64,000 nucleotides of DNA from an uncultured SAR86 cluster bacterium (GCA_902558395.1 CACEDS010000001.1:72180-136179); one strand, 5' to 3'; shown: positions 1-9,099, counted from the first letter of the stretch. The notes: a model not told the origin generated them from the sequence alone. Program-made: numbers and translations.

Positions 1-1895
1 ACGGAATTTATGGGTTCATAAAAATAATCACCATAATCTTTGTTATCAATTAGCTCTAGCAACTCTCTGCTTGCATTAAATGGTTTTTTGCCAGTATGTT
101 TCTGGGTAATACCCTCTAATCGAGTGAATGGCTCATAATTAATCCCATCTTTAAGTGATACCCCGGCAACATTGCCATAAGTGACTCTAAGTGTCCCATT
201 TGCATCTGAATATAATTGTTTATTTGATGTTTCATAATATTTTTTTAACACGCCAATAAACTTAGATTTCAGTAATTGCCTTCGAGCGCTTCGTGCTTCA
301 TATTTCTTTTCATAATCTAGTGACTCTTGATAAGTTTTTTTTGCAAAGATAACTAAAGGGTCTAGAGATCTGTTTAATTCCTCCAGGTTTAAATCCATAA
401 GTTGCAATAAGGTTTCTGAGTTATTAAATTCGGTTGAATAAATTTCTTCTACAGTATTTTTAGTTTCGGCAAAGCCACCATCAAGACCTAAAAGCTCACT
501 ATATACAGGTCTTCTATATGAGTTATCAATATTTGCATAATTCTTTAATCTATCAAGAAAAATTTCTTTATCTACTCGAGCATCAAATGAATAATCAAGA
601 GATTTAATCCTATTCACTAAATTTTCTTGATCTCTTTCTTGATATCCAGGCTTTCTCTCGGCATCAACTTTTTCAGCCTCTATAGCATTTCTATATATTC
701 TTTTTACAGTAGCAATTAAGGAAGAATTTCCATAATAAGCTCTTGCTCTATTTTCTAATTGCTCTTCACCAATAAGTTTCAAGAGTTCATCGAGATATTG
801 CTTATCTTCGGCAGAAGCCTCCTTATTAACAAATTCAAGAAAATTATCCCAATTTTCTTTTTCAGATTCTAAAAGTTTGAAGTTCTCTGCTCCATTTATC
901 TGGCCTGAAATCTTTTTATAGTAATTTTCATAACCACTTTTCATACCTCTGTACTTAAGCTTTGATCCATCTTCATCAATGGAATGCTCATTTATAAGAT
1001 CAATACCTTTTTTTAAAAATTTTACGACTTCATGGAATTGAACTTCAAGGTCATATTTAATTTCATTAAAAGTAAGCAGTCTATTAGTTCTTCCTGGATA
1101 GCCAACTACCATGACAAAATCACCATCATCAACACCTCTTGAAGAGATTTTTAAAAATGAATTTGATGAGTACGGAACATTATCTTTGTTGAATTCCTCA
1201 CTAGAACCGTCCTTACTTACATATGCTCGTAATAGAGCAAAATCACCTGTGTGTCGTGGGTACATCCAATTATCAATTTCTCCACCATATTCTCCAATAT
1301 GTGCTGGAGGTGCATAAACTAATCGGACATCTTTAATCTTTAGAACTTTTTCAAGTTTATAAGTTTCACCACTATAAAAAGACCTAACCCTGCATTCAAT
1401 TTCATCTGAGGTTTCGCAACTGTTAATAATCTCTTTAATGTTTTCTTCTATAATTTTTGCTCTTTTGATGTCTGCAGTTTCATCTTTAACGCCCATTAAA
1501 ACTTGCTCGGTAATATCGTTACTTTCAAGAGTTACATATACCCTTGACCCTGGAGCAGATTTTTTTTCTTCTTCTTTTGAACGAGCTACAAAGCCAGTTT
1601 CAAAAAGATTGTTTTCAGCATTAGAGTTAAATTGCAAATAACTCCTTTCAATACAATGATAATTTGTTGCTATTAAACCTTGGTCCGATACAAAAGCAGC
1701 AGAACATCCCCCCAAACTAACAATTGCACTCATAGGATGCTTAAATAAATCACTTACGTTAGAAATATTTTTTTTATAGCCTGTTGCTCTTAGCTCTTTC
1801 TTAAGACCTTCCATTTGATATGGTTCCCACATGCCCTCATCAGCTATAGCTATATTAGAAACGGTTAGTAAAGTAAGTAAAATTATTTTTAACAT
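1..1895 (-). CDS. S46-family serine dipeptidyl-peptidase (DPP7/DPP11-like), 3' end cut by window edge
   Basis: Absent from the ORF track because it has no stop inside the window. My translation of the minus strand from ATG at 1895-1893 stays open to base 1: MLKIILLTLLTVSNIAIADEGMWEPYQMEG...GLIATNYHCIE...TGDFALLRAYV...VVGYPGRTNR. The signal peptide followed by DEGMW and the ATNYHC catalytic-His block are S46 hallmarks. The catalytic Ser lies beyond the edge. Confidence 0.8.
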   Translation of the reverse strand, partial: MLKIILLTLLTVSNIAIADEGMWEPYQMEGLKKELRATGYKKNISNVSDLFKHPMSAIVSLGGCSAAFVSDQGLIATNYHCIERSYLQFNSNAENNLFETGFVARSKEEEKKSAPGSRVYVTLESNDITEQVLMGVKDETADIKRAKIIEENIKEIINSCETSDEIECRVRSFYSGETYKLEKVLKIKDVRLVYAPPAHIGEYGGEIDNWMYPRHTGDFALLRAYVSKDGSSEEFNKDNVPYSSNSFLKISSRGVDDGDFVMVVGYPGRTNRLLTFNEIKYDLEVQFHEVVKFLKKGIDLINEHSIDEDGSKLKYRGMKSGYENYYKKISGQINGAENFKLLESEKENWDNFLEFVNKEASAEDKQYLDELLKLIGEEQLENRARAYYGNSSLIATVKRIYRNAIEAEKVDAERKPGYQERDQENLVNRIKSLDYSFDARVDKEIFLDRLKNYANIDNSYRRPVYSELLGLDGGFAETKNTVEEIYSTEFNNSETLLQLMDLNLEELNRSLDPLVIFAKKTYQESLDYEKKYEARSARRQLLKSKFIGVLKKYYETSNKQLYSDANGTLRVTYGNVAGVSLKDGINYEPFTRLEGITQKHTGKKPFNASRELLELIDNKDYGDYFYEPINS

Positions 1896-1975
1896 TAGGA
1901 CACCTTGATTTTATTGGTTCAATATATTTTAAAGACTATATTAAAAAAATATATATTTTCAGGTAATATTTTCTT

Positions 1976-2341
1976 ATGCAGGAATACTATGGAAGTTGTC
2001 ATTGCGGCAATATAAATTTTAAATTTTTATCTAAAATTAAAGTAGAAATTTGGAAGTGTAATTGCTCTATTTGTAATATATATGATTACCAACACCTTTT
2101 TGTAAAACATGAAGATTTTACACTTTTAAGTGATTTTGCTGACTTGACCACATATACTTTTGGCACCCAAAATGCAAAGCATCTTTTCTGTAAAGCTTGT
2201 GGAATAAAGAGTTACTATCAGCCTAGGTCACATCCCGACATGTACAGTATTAATTTGAGATGCGTAAAAAACCCACCTGATGTTTATAACGTTGTTGAAT
2301 TCGATGGAATAAACTTTGAGGATAGCATTAAAGAAATCTAG
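1976..2341 (+). CDS. GFA-family (glutathione-dependent formaldehyde-activating enzyme / CENP-V-like) zinc protein
   Basis: 121 aa with the Cys pattern GSCHCG ... CNCSICN ... FCKACG typical of the GFA fold. Confidence 0.7.
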   Translation: MQEYYGSCHCGNINFKFLSKIKVEIWKCNCSICNIYDYQHLFVKHEDFTLLSDFADLTTYTFGTQNAKHLFCKACGIKSYYQPRSHPDMYSINLRCVKNPPDVYNVVEFDGINFEDSIKEI

Positions 2342-2937
2342 TTTCTTTTATTTGCTAGCTTTATTACTGTCATATACAAAAAGGGCGGCAATATAATCCA
2401 TGGAAGCTGGGTTTGAAACATCACAGATCTTCCGTTAAATTCAAAAATAAGCGGGTTATAAATATTTCCTGTCGGAATTAAAGGTGCCCATGATAAATTC
2501 TTCCCTTCACTAAGCTGGTCATAATAAAGAAAAAGCTCTACTAGAAGATTTTGTCCGATGCACCAGGCTAGTAAAATAAGAAATGGGCCCCAACGCCACT
2601 TTAAAAAAATGCTTTGTTCTTTATTGTTAAGCACCCACATTAAATACAATCCACCTAGGCACACTGTCCCAGCATCTGCCAATGAATTGACAATCCAATT
2701 GAGATGAAGTGGAATCCATTGGTTGAGGACATCAGCTCTTCTTTCAATTACAGACTCGCCATTAATAAGCCCATAGGTAAACCAGATTTCCCAACCTAAA
2801 GCGCATACTATAAACGAACCAACATATATTATGGGCACCCAATTTGGTAATTGAGATCTATATTTCATAAACAGAATTATCGGTAGTATAGAGCTTGCAT
2901 AAACTACAAAAACGAATCGAATTTCTTCAAAAGACAT
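2338..2937 (-). CDS. polytopic inner-membrane protein, function unknown
   Basis: 199-aa ORF with about 5-6 hydrophobic, Trp-rich segments. I recognise no family motif. Its stop overlaps the GFA stop by 4 nt. Confidence 0.5.
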   Translation of the reverse strand: MSFEEIRFVFVVYASSILPIILFMKYRSQLPNWVPIIYVGSFIVCALGWEIWFTYGLINGESVIERRADVLNQWIPLHLNWIVNSLADAGTVCLGGLYLMWVLNNKEQSIFLKWRWGPFLILLAWCIGQNLLVELFLYYDQLSEGKNLSWAPLIPTGNIYNPLIFEFNGRSVMFQTQLPWIILPPFLYMTVIKLANKRN

Positions 2938-2989
2938 TTTTTTAAACTAACATACTTCTTTTACTTTACTAAATATTTGGCATACTAGC

Positions 2990-4312
2990 TTGAGCATGAA
3001 CCAGACCAATAACTCAAAATCAAATATGCAAAAAGTTGCACTTACTTCCCTGGCAGGAACTAGTATCGAGTGGTATGACTTCTTTTTGTATGGTGCCTCT
3101 GCTGCGTTAATTTTTCCTACAGTATTTTTTGGAGAAACCACTCCTTCAACAGCTTTAATTTTATCTTTATTAACCTTTGCAGCTGGATTTATTGCAAGGC
3201 CTATTGGAGGAATAATATTTGGTCATTACGGAGATAAAGTTGGAAGAAAAAAAACACTGGTTATAGCATTAGTTTTAATGGGAGTATCTTCAACCCTTAT
3301 CGGCTTACTTCCAACTTATGCAATGATTGGCGTGGCAGCTCCAATACTATTAACAACTTTGCGTTTTGCTCAAGGCCTGGCAATTGGAGGTCAGTGGGGC
3401 GGGGCTATGCTTCTAGTTACTGAAACCGCTCCTGCAAATCAAAGAGGGTATTATGGAGCTTTTGCTCAAGCAGGAGTTCCGGTGGGAGTTATTTTGGCAA
3501 ACCTGGCTTTCATTGTTACAAGCTCAATGGTTTCCGAAGAATCATTTTTTGCATGGGGTTGGAGGATTCCATTTTTGGCAAGCGCTATCCTAATTGGTAT
3601 TAGTATGTATATTCAATTAAACCTGGAAGATACAAAAGCATTCAAAGAACTCGAGGCGTCAAGAAAAGTTGGCAATAAAGAAGAAATTAAAAGATCGCCG
3701 ATTATTGAAGCGGTAAAAAAATATCCATCCAAGATAGTTCTTGCAGCAGGAGCATTTTTGTCTATTCAGGTCACTTTTTATATCCTAATAGCCTTCCTAC
3801 TTGCTTATGGTGTAGCTAGTACTGAAGTTACAAGAGATGATATGTTAATTGCTGTTTTGATTGGTTCAGGAATAATGATTCCCTTCCAATTCTTCTTTTC
3901 AGCCTACTCAGATAGACATGGCAGGAGAGGAGTATTTATGCTTGGAGCAATACTTACTGCCATATGGAGTTTTGCGATATTCCCCCTAGTTGATACAGGT
4001 AATTTTTGGTTAATAGTTTTAGCCATTAGCTTTGGACTAGTTTTTGTTTCAATGATGTATGGCCCACAGGCTGCATTTTTTACTGAACTTTTTAGTACAG
4101 AAGTCAGATACTCTGGAGCAACGTTAGGTTATCAATTTGGAGCCATTTTGGGTGGAGCATTTGCTCCTACAATAGCAGCTTTACTATGGAATGATTACGG
4201 AATTATTTGGGTTTCAGTTTATATAGCTTTTGCCTCATTGTTAACTTTAATATCTGTATTATTTTTAACAGAAACTTATCAAAGCGATTTAAATCAAGAT
4301 TCTATTGAATAG
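2990..4312 (+). CDS. MFS transporter, metabolite:H+ symporter (MHS; ProP/KgtP/ShiA-like) family
   Basis: 440 aa with about 12 TM segments. N-terminal EWYDFFLYG and GHYGDKVGRKK motifs are characteristic of the MHS subfamily. Confidence 0.8.
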   Translation: MSMNQTNNSKSNMQKVALTSLAGTSIEWYDFFLYGASAALIFPTVFFGETTPSTALILSLLTFAAGFIARPIGGIIFGHYGDKVGRKKTLVIALVLMGVSSTLIGLLPTYAMIGVAAPILLTTLRFAQGLAIGGQWGGAMLLVTETAPANQRGYYGAFAQAGVPVGVILANLAFIVTSSMVSEESFFAWGWRIPFLASAILIGISMYIQLNLEDTKAFKELEASRKVGNKEEIKRSPIIEAVKKYPSKIVLAAGAFLSIQVTFYILIAFLLAYGVASTEVTRDDMLIAVLIGSGIMIPFQFFFSAYSDRHGRRGVFMLGAILTAIWSFAIFPLVDTGNFWLIVLAISFGLVFVSMMYGPQAAFFTELFSTEVRYSGATLGYQFGAILGGAFAPTIAALLWNDYGIIWVSVYIAFASLLTLISVLFLTETYQSDLNQDSIE

Positions 4313-4354
4313 CTATAGCACAAGAATTTAAAAACTTATATCATTAGATTTAAC

Positions 4355-4438
4355 TGCAAAGGGGTGGCCTAGCCTGAGATCTCTTAAAAAGAAACCCTTT
4401 GAACCTGATCCATACAATAATGGCGGAGGAATTGCATG
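4355..4438 (+). promoter_or_regulatory. TPP (THI-box) riboswitch, translational type
   Basis: Conserved core read directly: GGGGTG(4361) ... CTGAGA(4374-4379) ... ACCCTTTGAACCTGATC(4394-4410) CCAT-acaata-ATGG GCGGAGGAA. P1 is tgcaa 4355-4359 paired with ttgca 4432-4436. The SD GGAGGA (4425-4430) and the A of the ATG (4436) lie inside the aptamer. Confidence 0.85.
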
Positions 4439-6529
4439 AACACCATTAAAACCTATTTTTTTCTTTTTTTCTTTTCAATTTTTTTAGTTTCAGCTGATGT
4501 TGAAGAGGTTATTGTTCAAGGTGATTGGAGAGATACAAAATTAATTGAAGAGGACTCAAGTGTATTAGTGCTAACCTCGAAAGAAATTAATTCTGCTCCA
4601 ATAAAACATTTTGAGAATTTATCTTACCTAATACCAAACTTAAACTTTGCAGCCAGCGACTCAAGAGCAAGGCATTTTCAAATAAGGGGAATCGGCGAAA
4701 GATCTGGATATGAAAGGACTCCAAATTCAGCCGTTGGTTTTTTAATTGATGATATTGATTATTCTGGCCAGGGAGGAATTGCAACAACTTTTGATGTTGA
4801 TCAAATTGAAGTTCATAGAGGACCACAAGGCTCAAGAATCGGATCAAATGCTATGGCAGGACTTATTTACATAAAAACTAAAGAACCAACAGAAGTATTT
4901 GAAGGAGTTAGTGAAATTACAACAGGTACCTATGGAACTATAAACAGTGGTGTAGCCTTCGGAGGACCATCACAAATTGATGATTTAACATACAGAATTG
5001 CTTTAAGGAAAGATTACTCAGATGGATTTAGAAAAAATTTATTTTCTGGTAAATCAGATACCTCAAAAAAAGATGAATCTACTTTTAGGCTTAAAGCAAA
5101 TTGGAAAGTTAATTCAAAATCAACTTTAAAGTTTTTATTAACTCAAATAAACCTCGATGATCCTGCTGATATTTGGACAATTGATGGCAGTTTAAATACT
5201 CTTTCTGACAGGCCTGGTATGGATTCTCAAAAAACCAATGCTTATGGCATTAGATTCTTCCATATTCTAGAAAATTTTGAATTTCAGAGCTTAACCAGCA
5301 TGACAGATACTGATGTTGTGCTTAGCTATGATGCGGATTGGGGTAATCCTTCAACTCATTCGCCATATATTTATGATTATTTCTCTGAAACTCTAAGATT
5401 TAGAGAAACTATTAGTCAAGAATTTAGACTTTTATCAAATAAAGCTGATTTTAATTCCAATAAAAGATACGAATGGGTTGTTGGAATGAATTTTTTTGAA
5501 TCAAATGAGAAAAATTTAAAAAAAGATGATGGTATTTATGGTGATCCATCAGACCCCTATAGTCCTTATGTGAATGAAAGCTCATCATCAAGTAAATTTG
5601 ATATTCGAAACCTTTCTATTTATGGAAGTTTAAATTACTTAATAAGCGAGTCAACAAAATTTAGCATGGGTCTTCGCTGGGAGAACTCAGAATCAAAATA
5701 TTCAGATTCTTTTGGCGAATCATTTAACCCTTCAGATAAAATTTCGGGTGGCAAGATATCCGTTAATAAAATTTTAGACAAAAATTCTAATATCTTTTTT
5801 AGTATTGCAAGAGGATATAACCAAGGTGGTTTTAATTTAAATCTTGGGCTTGATCCAAATTCAGAGAATAGCAATCTTTATTATGATCCTGAATTTTTAA
5901 CTAATTATGAAATCGGATTTAATTCAAAAATTGAAGAATTAAATCTGAATTTAGCTGCTGTAATTTTTCACTCAGATAGAAAAGATCAACAGGTTTTAAT
6001 ATCAACTCAAGTAGATCTAAATGATCCAAATACGTTTACATTTTTAACCCAAAATGCAGCAGAAGGAACTAACAAAGGAATAGAGTTAGAAATGGACTTT
6101 CAGTTGTCTGAAAACTTAGATATCTTTATTAATTTTGGGCTGCTCAAAACTGAGATTAAAAGTTGGAAATCTCGACCAGAAATTGAGGGTAGAGCGCAAG
6201 CTCATGCCCCTGAAAAAAGTTATGCCATTGGTTTCAACTGGTACCCTTCAGAACAGTCAAGTTTATCATTTGATACGGTGGGTAAAAGTAGCTTTTACTA
6301 TTCTGATTCACATGACAACAAATCAAAATCATATTTCTTATCAAACATAAACTATAGTTATTTTTATGGTCAATGGACTTACTCTATTTGGGGAAGAAAT
6401 ATTTTCGATGAGTACTATTCAACAAGAGGTTTTTACTTTGGAAATGAGGCTCCAAATTTTATTGATACACTTTATGAAAGACATGGTGACCCAAGGCACC
6501 TAGGTGTTACAGTAAGATATGATTTCTAA
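4436..6529 (+). CDS. TonB-dependent outer-membrane receptor (riboswitch-controlled; predicted thiamine or thiamine-precursor uptake)
   Basis: 697 aa with a signal peptide, a TonB-box-like EEVIVQG, a plug domain (IEVHRGPQGSRIGSNAMAGLIYIKTK) and a beta-barrel ending in the terminal aromatic ...VTVRYDF. Confidence 0.9.
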   Translation: MNTIKTYFFLFFFSIFLVSADVEEVIVQGDWRDTKLIEEDSSVLVLTSKEINSAPIKHFENLSYLIPNLNFAASDSRARHFQIRGIGERSGYERTPNSAVGFLIDDIDYSGQGGIATTFDVDQIEVHRGPQGSRIGSNAMAGLIYIKTKEPTEVFEGVSEITTGTYGTINSGVAFGGPSQIDDLTYRIALRKDYSDGFRKNLFSGKSDTSKKDESTFRLKANWKVNSKSTLKFLLTQINLDDPADIWTIDGSLNTLSDRPGMDSQKTNAYGIRFFHILENFEFQSLTSMTDTDVVLSYDADWGNPSTHSPYIYDYFSETLRFRETISQEFRLLSNKADFNSNKRYEWVVGMNFFESNEKNLKKDDGIYGDPSDPYSPYVNESSSSSKFDIRNLSIYGSLNYLISESTKFSMGLRWENSESKYSDSFGESFNPSDKISGGKISVNKILDKNSNIFFSIARGYNQGGFNLNLGLDPNSENSNLYYDPEFLTNYEIGFNSKIEELNLNLAAVIFHSDRKDQQVLISTQVDLNDPNTFTFLTQNAAEGTNKGIELEMDFQLSENLDIFINFGLLKTEIKSWKSRPEIEGRAQAHAPEKSYAIGFNWYPSEQSSLSFDTVGKSSFYYSDSHDNKSKSYFLSNINYSYFYGQWTYSIWGRNIFDEYYSTRGFYFGNEAPNFIDTLYERHGDPRHLGVTVRYDF

Positions 6530-7112
6530 TCTTGTTCATGCTGATTGGATAGAACCAGCGGCAGTTATTCTTGCAATAGCCTATTTATTATTAGCCGTAA
6601 AACAGAACATAAGTTGTTGGTTTGCGGCATTTTTTAGTTCATTATTATATTTCTTTGTAATGTATTCTGCAGGTCTATATATGGAGGCAGGATTACAAAT
6701 ATTCTATTGTGTTATGGCTGTTTATGGGTGGACACAATGGAGAACATCTTTACCAAACAATAAAAAATTTCTCGTAAAAACATGGAATAGAAACCAACAC
6801 ATTAAAGCAATTTCATTGATATTTCTTTTAGCGTTTGCATCTGGCTGGGCGCTTGAAAAATTTACAAATGCTGCCTTACCTTTTATAGACTCTCTTACAA
6901 CTTGGGGGGCAATTGTAACGACATATATGGTCGCAAAGAGGCTTTTAGAAAACTGGATTTATTGGTTTGTAATAGACACAATTTCTGTGTTTTTATTTTA
7001 TTCAAGAGGACTATTCTTAACTTCAATATTATTTTTTGTATACCTAATAATTATTTATTTTGGTTACAAATCTTGGACCGAAATGAAAGATGAAATTGAT
7101 GCAAAAAATTGA
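6519..7112 (+). CDS. pnuT: PnuC-family inner-membrane transporter (PnuT-like, predicted thiamine transporter)
   Basis: 197 aa, 7-TM, with PnuC-type motifs (AYLLLAVKQNISCW, YGWTQW, NWIYWFVID). It overlaps the receptor stop by 11 nt. The thiamine assignment comes only from the riboswitch context. Confidence 0.7.
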   Translation: MISNLVHADWIEPAAVILAIAYLLLAVKQNISCWFAAFFSSLLYFFVMYSAGLYMEAGLQIFYCVMAVYGWTQWRTSLPNNKKFLVKTWNRNQHIKAISLIFLLAFASGWALEKFTNAALPFIDSLTTWGAIVTTYMVAKRLLENWIYWFVIDTISVFLFYSRGLFLTSILFFVYLIIIYFGYKSWTEMKDEIDAKN

Positions 7113-7926
7113 TAAAAAAATTGCTTCAGTCGATCATAAAATTGAAATTATTTCACCTTTAAAAATTGATCTAATTTCTCAAATTTTTCTATGTAATTTT
7201 AATGATATTAAATCTGTAATAAGGGTTGATTTTGATTTGCCAAATTGGTTAAAAAAACAAAGAGCTTTGGAATTTCAGATACTTAATTTTTTAAAAACAA
7301 AAACACAAAATCAAAAAATTTTATATAACGATTTTGATAGAGGAATTCTAATAAGAGAATTTCATGAAGGTAAAGAAATTGTATATTCTGATTTTAGAAG
7401 AAAAGAGAATTTAATTTCTTTGGGTAAAGAAATTAAGAAAGTTCATGAAATAAAAATTGATAACGTCGCAATTAATAATTTTGAAAACCTCATTGAAAAT
7501 TATAGAGACATTCTTAAAAACAAAATTAAAAATAATTGGTATCTAAATCAAGGCTTCAAAATTTTTAATTCTCTTTCTTGTGAAAAAGAGCAAATAATTT
7601 TTTCTCATAATGATTTAAATCGTGAAAATATTTTGTTTAATAAAAAATATTTTTTTATAGATTGGGAGTATGCGTCTGCCAACAGTCCTTATTTTGATTT
7701 AGCTACAATCATTTCCTCTTATGATTTTAATGATGAGGAAATTGGTTATTTATTTGATGGTTACGATAAAAATTTCCCTCTTGACCAAGAAAAATTAAAA
7801 AATTGGGTCAAATTTACTTTTTTTTTAGACTACATATGGAGAAAATGTCTTATTGAAACCACAATGCATGATGAAAAGACACTAAACATAAAGGATTTAG
7901 AAAGAAAGCTAGATATTTTTAAGTAA
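7090..7926 (+). CDS. thiK: APH/choline-kinase-fold small-molecule kinase, ThiK-like (predicted thiamine kinase)
   Basis: 278 aa with the Brenner catalytic motif HNDLNRENILF and the downstream IDWEYA. Size and fold class match thiamine kinase. It overlaps the PnuC-family gene by 23 nt. Confidence 0.6.
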   Translation: MKLMQKIDKKIASVDHKIEIISPLKIDLISQIFLCNFNDIKSVIRVDFDLPNWLKKQRALEFQILNFLKTKTQNQKILYNDFDRGILIREFHEGKEIVYSDFRRKENLISLGKEIKKVHEIKIDNVAINNFENLIENYRDILKNKIKNNWYLNQGFKIFNSLSCEKEQIIFSHNDLNRENILFNKKYFFIDWEYASANSPYFDLATIISSYDFNDEEIGYLFDGYDKNFPLDQEKLKNWVKFTFFLDYIWRKCLIETTMHDEKTLNIKDLERKLDIFK

Positions 7927-8020
7927 TTTTGTGCAATATTTATCAAGTTTTGCCAATGCTGCGATAATTATTGCGTATTTCGCTTCGGTTTTAAGGCTAA
8001 AATAGTAAATAATTAACAAA

Positions 8021-8221
8021 ATGGATAAATTTAAGGAAATTCTTACAGATCATATCTCCAATTGGAACATGGTATGGTTTGGCCTAATTTTTTGGGGAAG
8101 TGTCTTTAATGCTATAGCTATTCGCTATCAATTTACTGATATTACTATTTATTGTTACTTCACAGGTTTATGTCTTGGCCTTATAGCAAAGATAAGAGGA
8201 ACATGGTTATGGAAAATCTAG
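8021..8221 (+). CDS. small 2-TM membrane protein, hypothetical
   Basis: 66-aa ORF with two hydrophobic helices just upstream of the desaturase-family gene. It has no family signature and could be spurious. Confidence 0.3.
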   Translation: MDKFKEILTDHISNWNMVWFGLIFWGSVFNAIAIRYQFTDITIYCYFTGLCLGLIAKIRGTWLWKI

Positions 8222-9099
8222 AAAAGATTTCAGAAGAATTTTCCTTTGATAAAGAAAAAGAGATCGCTAGAAGTTTCTCAAAAAGGTTTCAATGGGAGAT
8301 GGCCTTAATTGGTGTTGGTCAAGCAACGGTTTGGCTATCTTTGTGGCCATTAGTAATTAATGGACATATTTCTTTATCACTTGGTTCTGTAATTGCAACT
8401 ATTTGTGCCTGTTTTGCATACCTGCCTTCGCATGAAGCGCAGCATGGCAATTATTCAAGGGGAAATCCAAAAAGACGTTGGATCGATTTATTTGTAAGCC
8501 ATTACACATTAATAACACTCATGTTTCCTCATGATGTTATGAGAGCTACTCACATGAAACATCATGCTTATACAAATAATCCAGAAAAAGATCCAGATCA
8601 TGATACTGCATCTGCTAAATCTCTTTGGGAGGTTATTGTTGCCACTCAGGCAGGGATATCAAAATATCAAGCAATAGCTAAAATCTATGAAAATGATAAA
8701 GCATTTATGAAATCCTTTAATAAAGGTTTGAATATAGGAATGTTATATAGAGTAATTCTTTTAACTTTAGTTGTATTTTTTCCTTTAGAGACACTTCTAT
8801 TATGGTGGTTGCCAAGTAAGTTTGGAGTCATTTATCTTTCAGTCTTTTTCAGCTGGTATCCTCATTATCAAGCTGAAACAGGAAGATATAAAGATACAAG
8901 ATTTTGGAGCCACTGGATGCCTAGATATTTAAATCATTCAATGCAACTCCATTTTATACATCATCTGCATCCTGGTATTGGCCATTATGATGAACCTAAG
9001 GCTATAGAAGCACTAAAACCTTTTTTAATTGCTAGAGGTGTTCCTGGTGCAGAAGACATTCCAGATAGAGTTAAACATAATCCACTTATCAAAGTTTAA
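8203..9099 (+). CDS. membrane di-iron fatty-acid-desaturase-superfamily protein (CrtW/CrtR-like His boxes)
   Basis: Three His boxes: HEAQHG, HMKHHAYTNNPEKDPD and HFIHHLHP. Two N-terminal TM helices. The track ORF starts at 8152, but Met at 8203 or 8209 (MVMENLEK) avoids overlap with the preceding small ORF, so the start is uncertain. Confidence 0.75.
   Translation: MVMENLEKISEEFSFDKEKEIARSFSKRFQWEMALIGVGQATVWLSLWPLVINGHISLSLGSVIATICACFAYLPSHEAQHGNYSRGNPKRRWIDLFVSHYTLITLMFPHDVMRATHMKHHAYTNNPEKDPDHDTASAKSLWEVIVATQAGISKYQAIAKIYENDKAFMKSFNKGLNIGMLYRVILLTLVVFFPLETLLLWWLPSKFGVIYLSVFFSWYPHYQAETGRYKDTRFWSHWMPRYLNHSMQLHFIHHLHPGIGHYDEPKAIEALKPFLIARGVPGAEDIPDRVKHNPLIKV

Noticed and set aside
1111-1641. 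Two plus-strand ORFs (68 and 67 aa) listed in the track.
   Set aside because: They lie antisense inside the long S46 peptidase reading frame, show no motifs or RBS, and have low-complexity Ser/Leu-rich translations typical of antisense frames.
4445-4485. Three T7 runs at the start of the first receptor gene, considered as a slipped-strand phase-variation tract.
   Set aside because: They simply encode the Phe/Leu-rich signal peptide (YFFLFFFSIFL), and such runs are common throughout this AT-rich window. There is no evidence of length heterogeneity.
8021-9099. The idea that the 66-aa ORF and the desaturase-family ORF are one frameshifted pseudogene.
   Set aside because: The desaturase-family protein is complete from Met 8203/8209, with both N-terminal TM helices and all three His boxes, so no missing N-terminal domain needs explaining.
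8203-9099. The possibility that this His-rich membrane protein is the retinal-forming beta-carotene dioxygenase Blh.
   Set aside because: The three desaturase-type His boxes (HxxxH, HxxHH, HxxHH) and the overall layout do not resemble Blh/Brp as I recall them. No retinal-synthesis gene is identifiable in the window.
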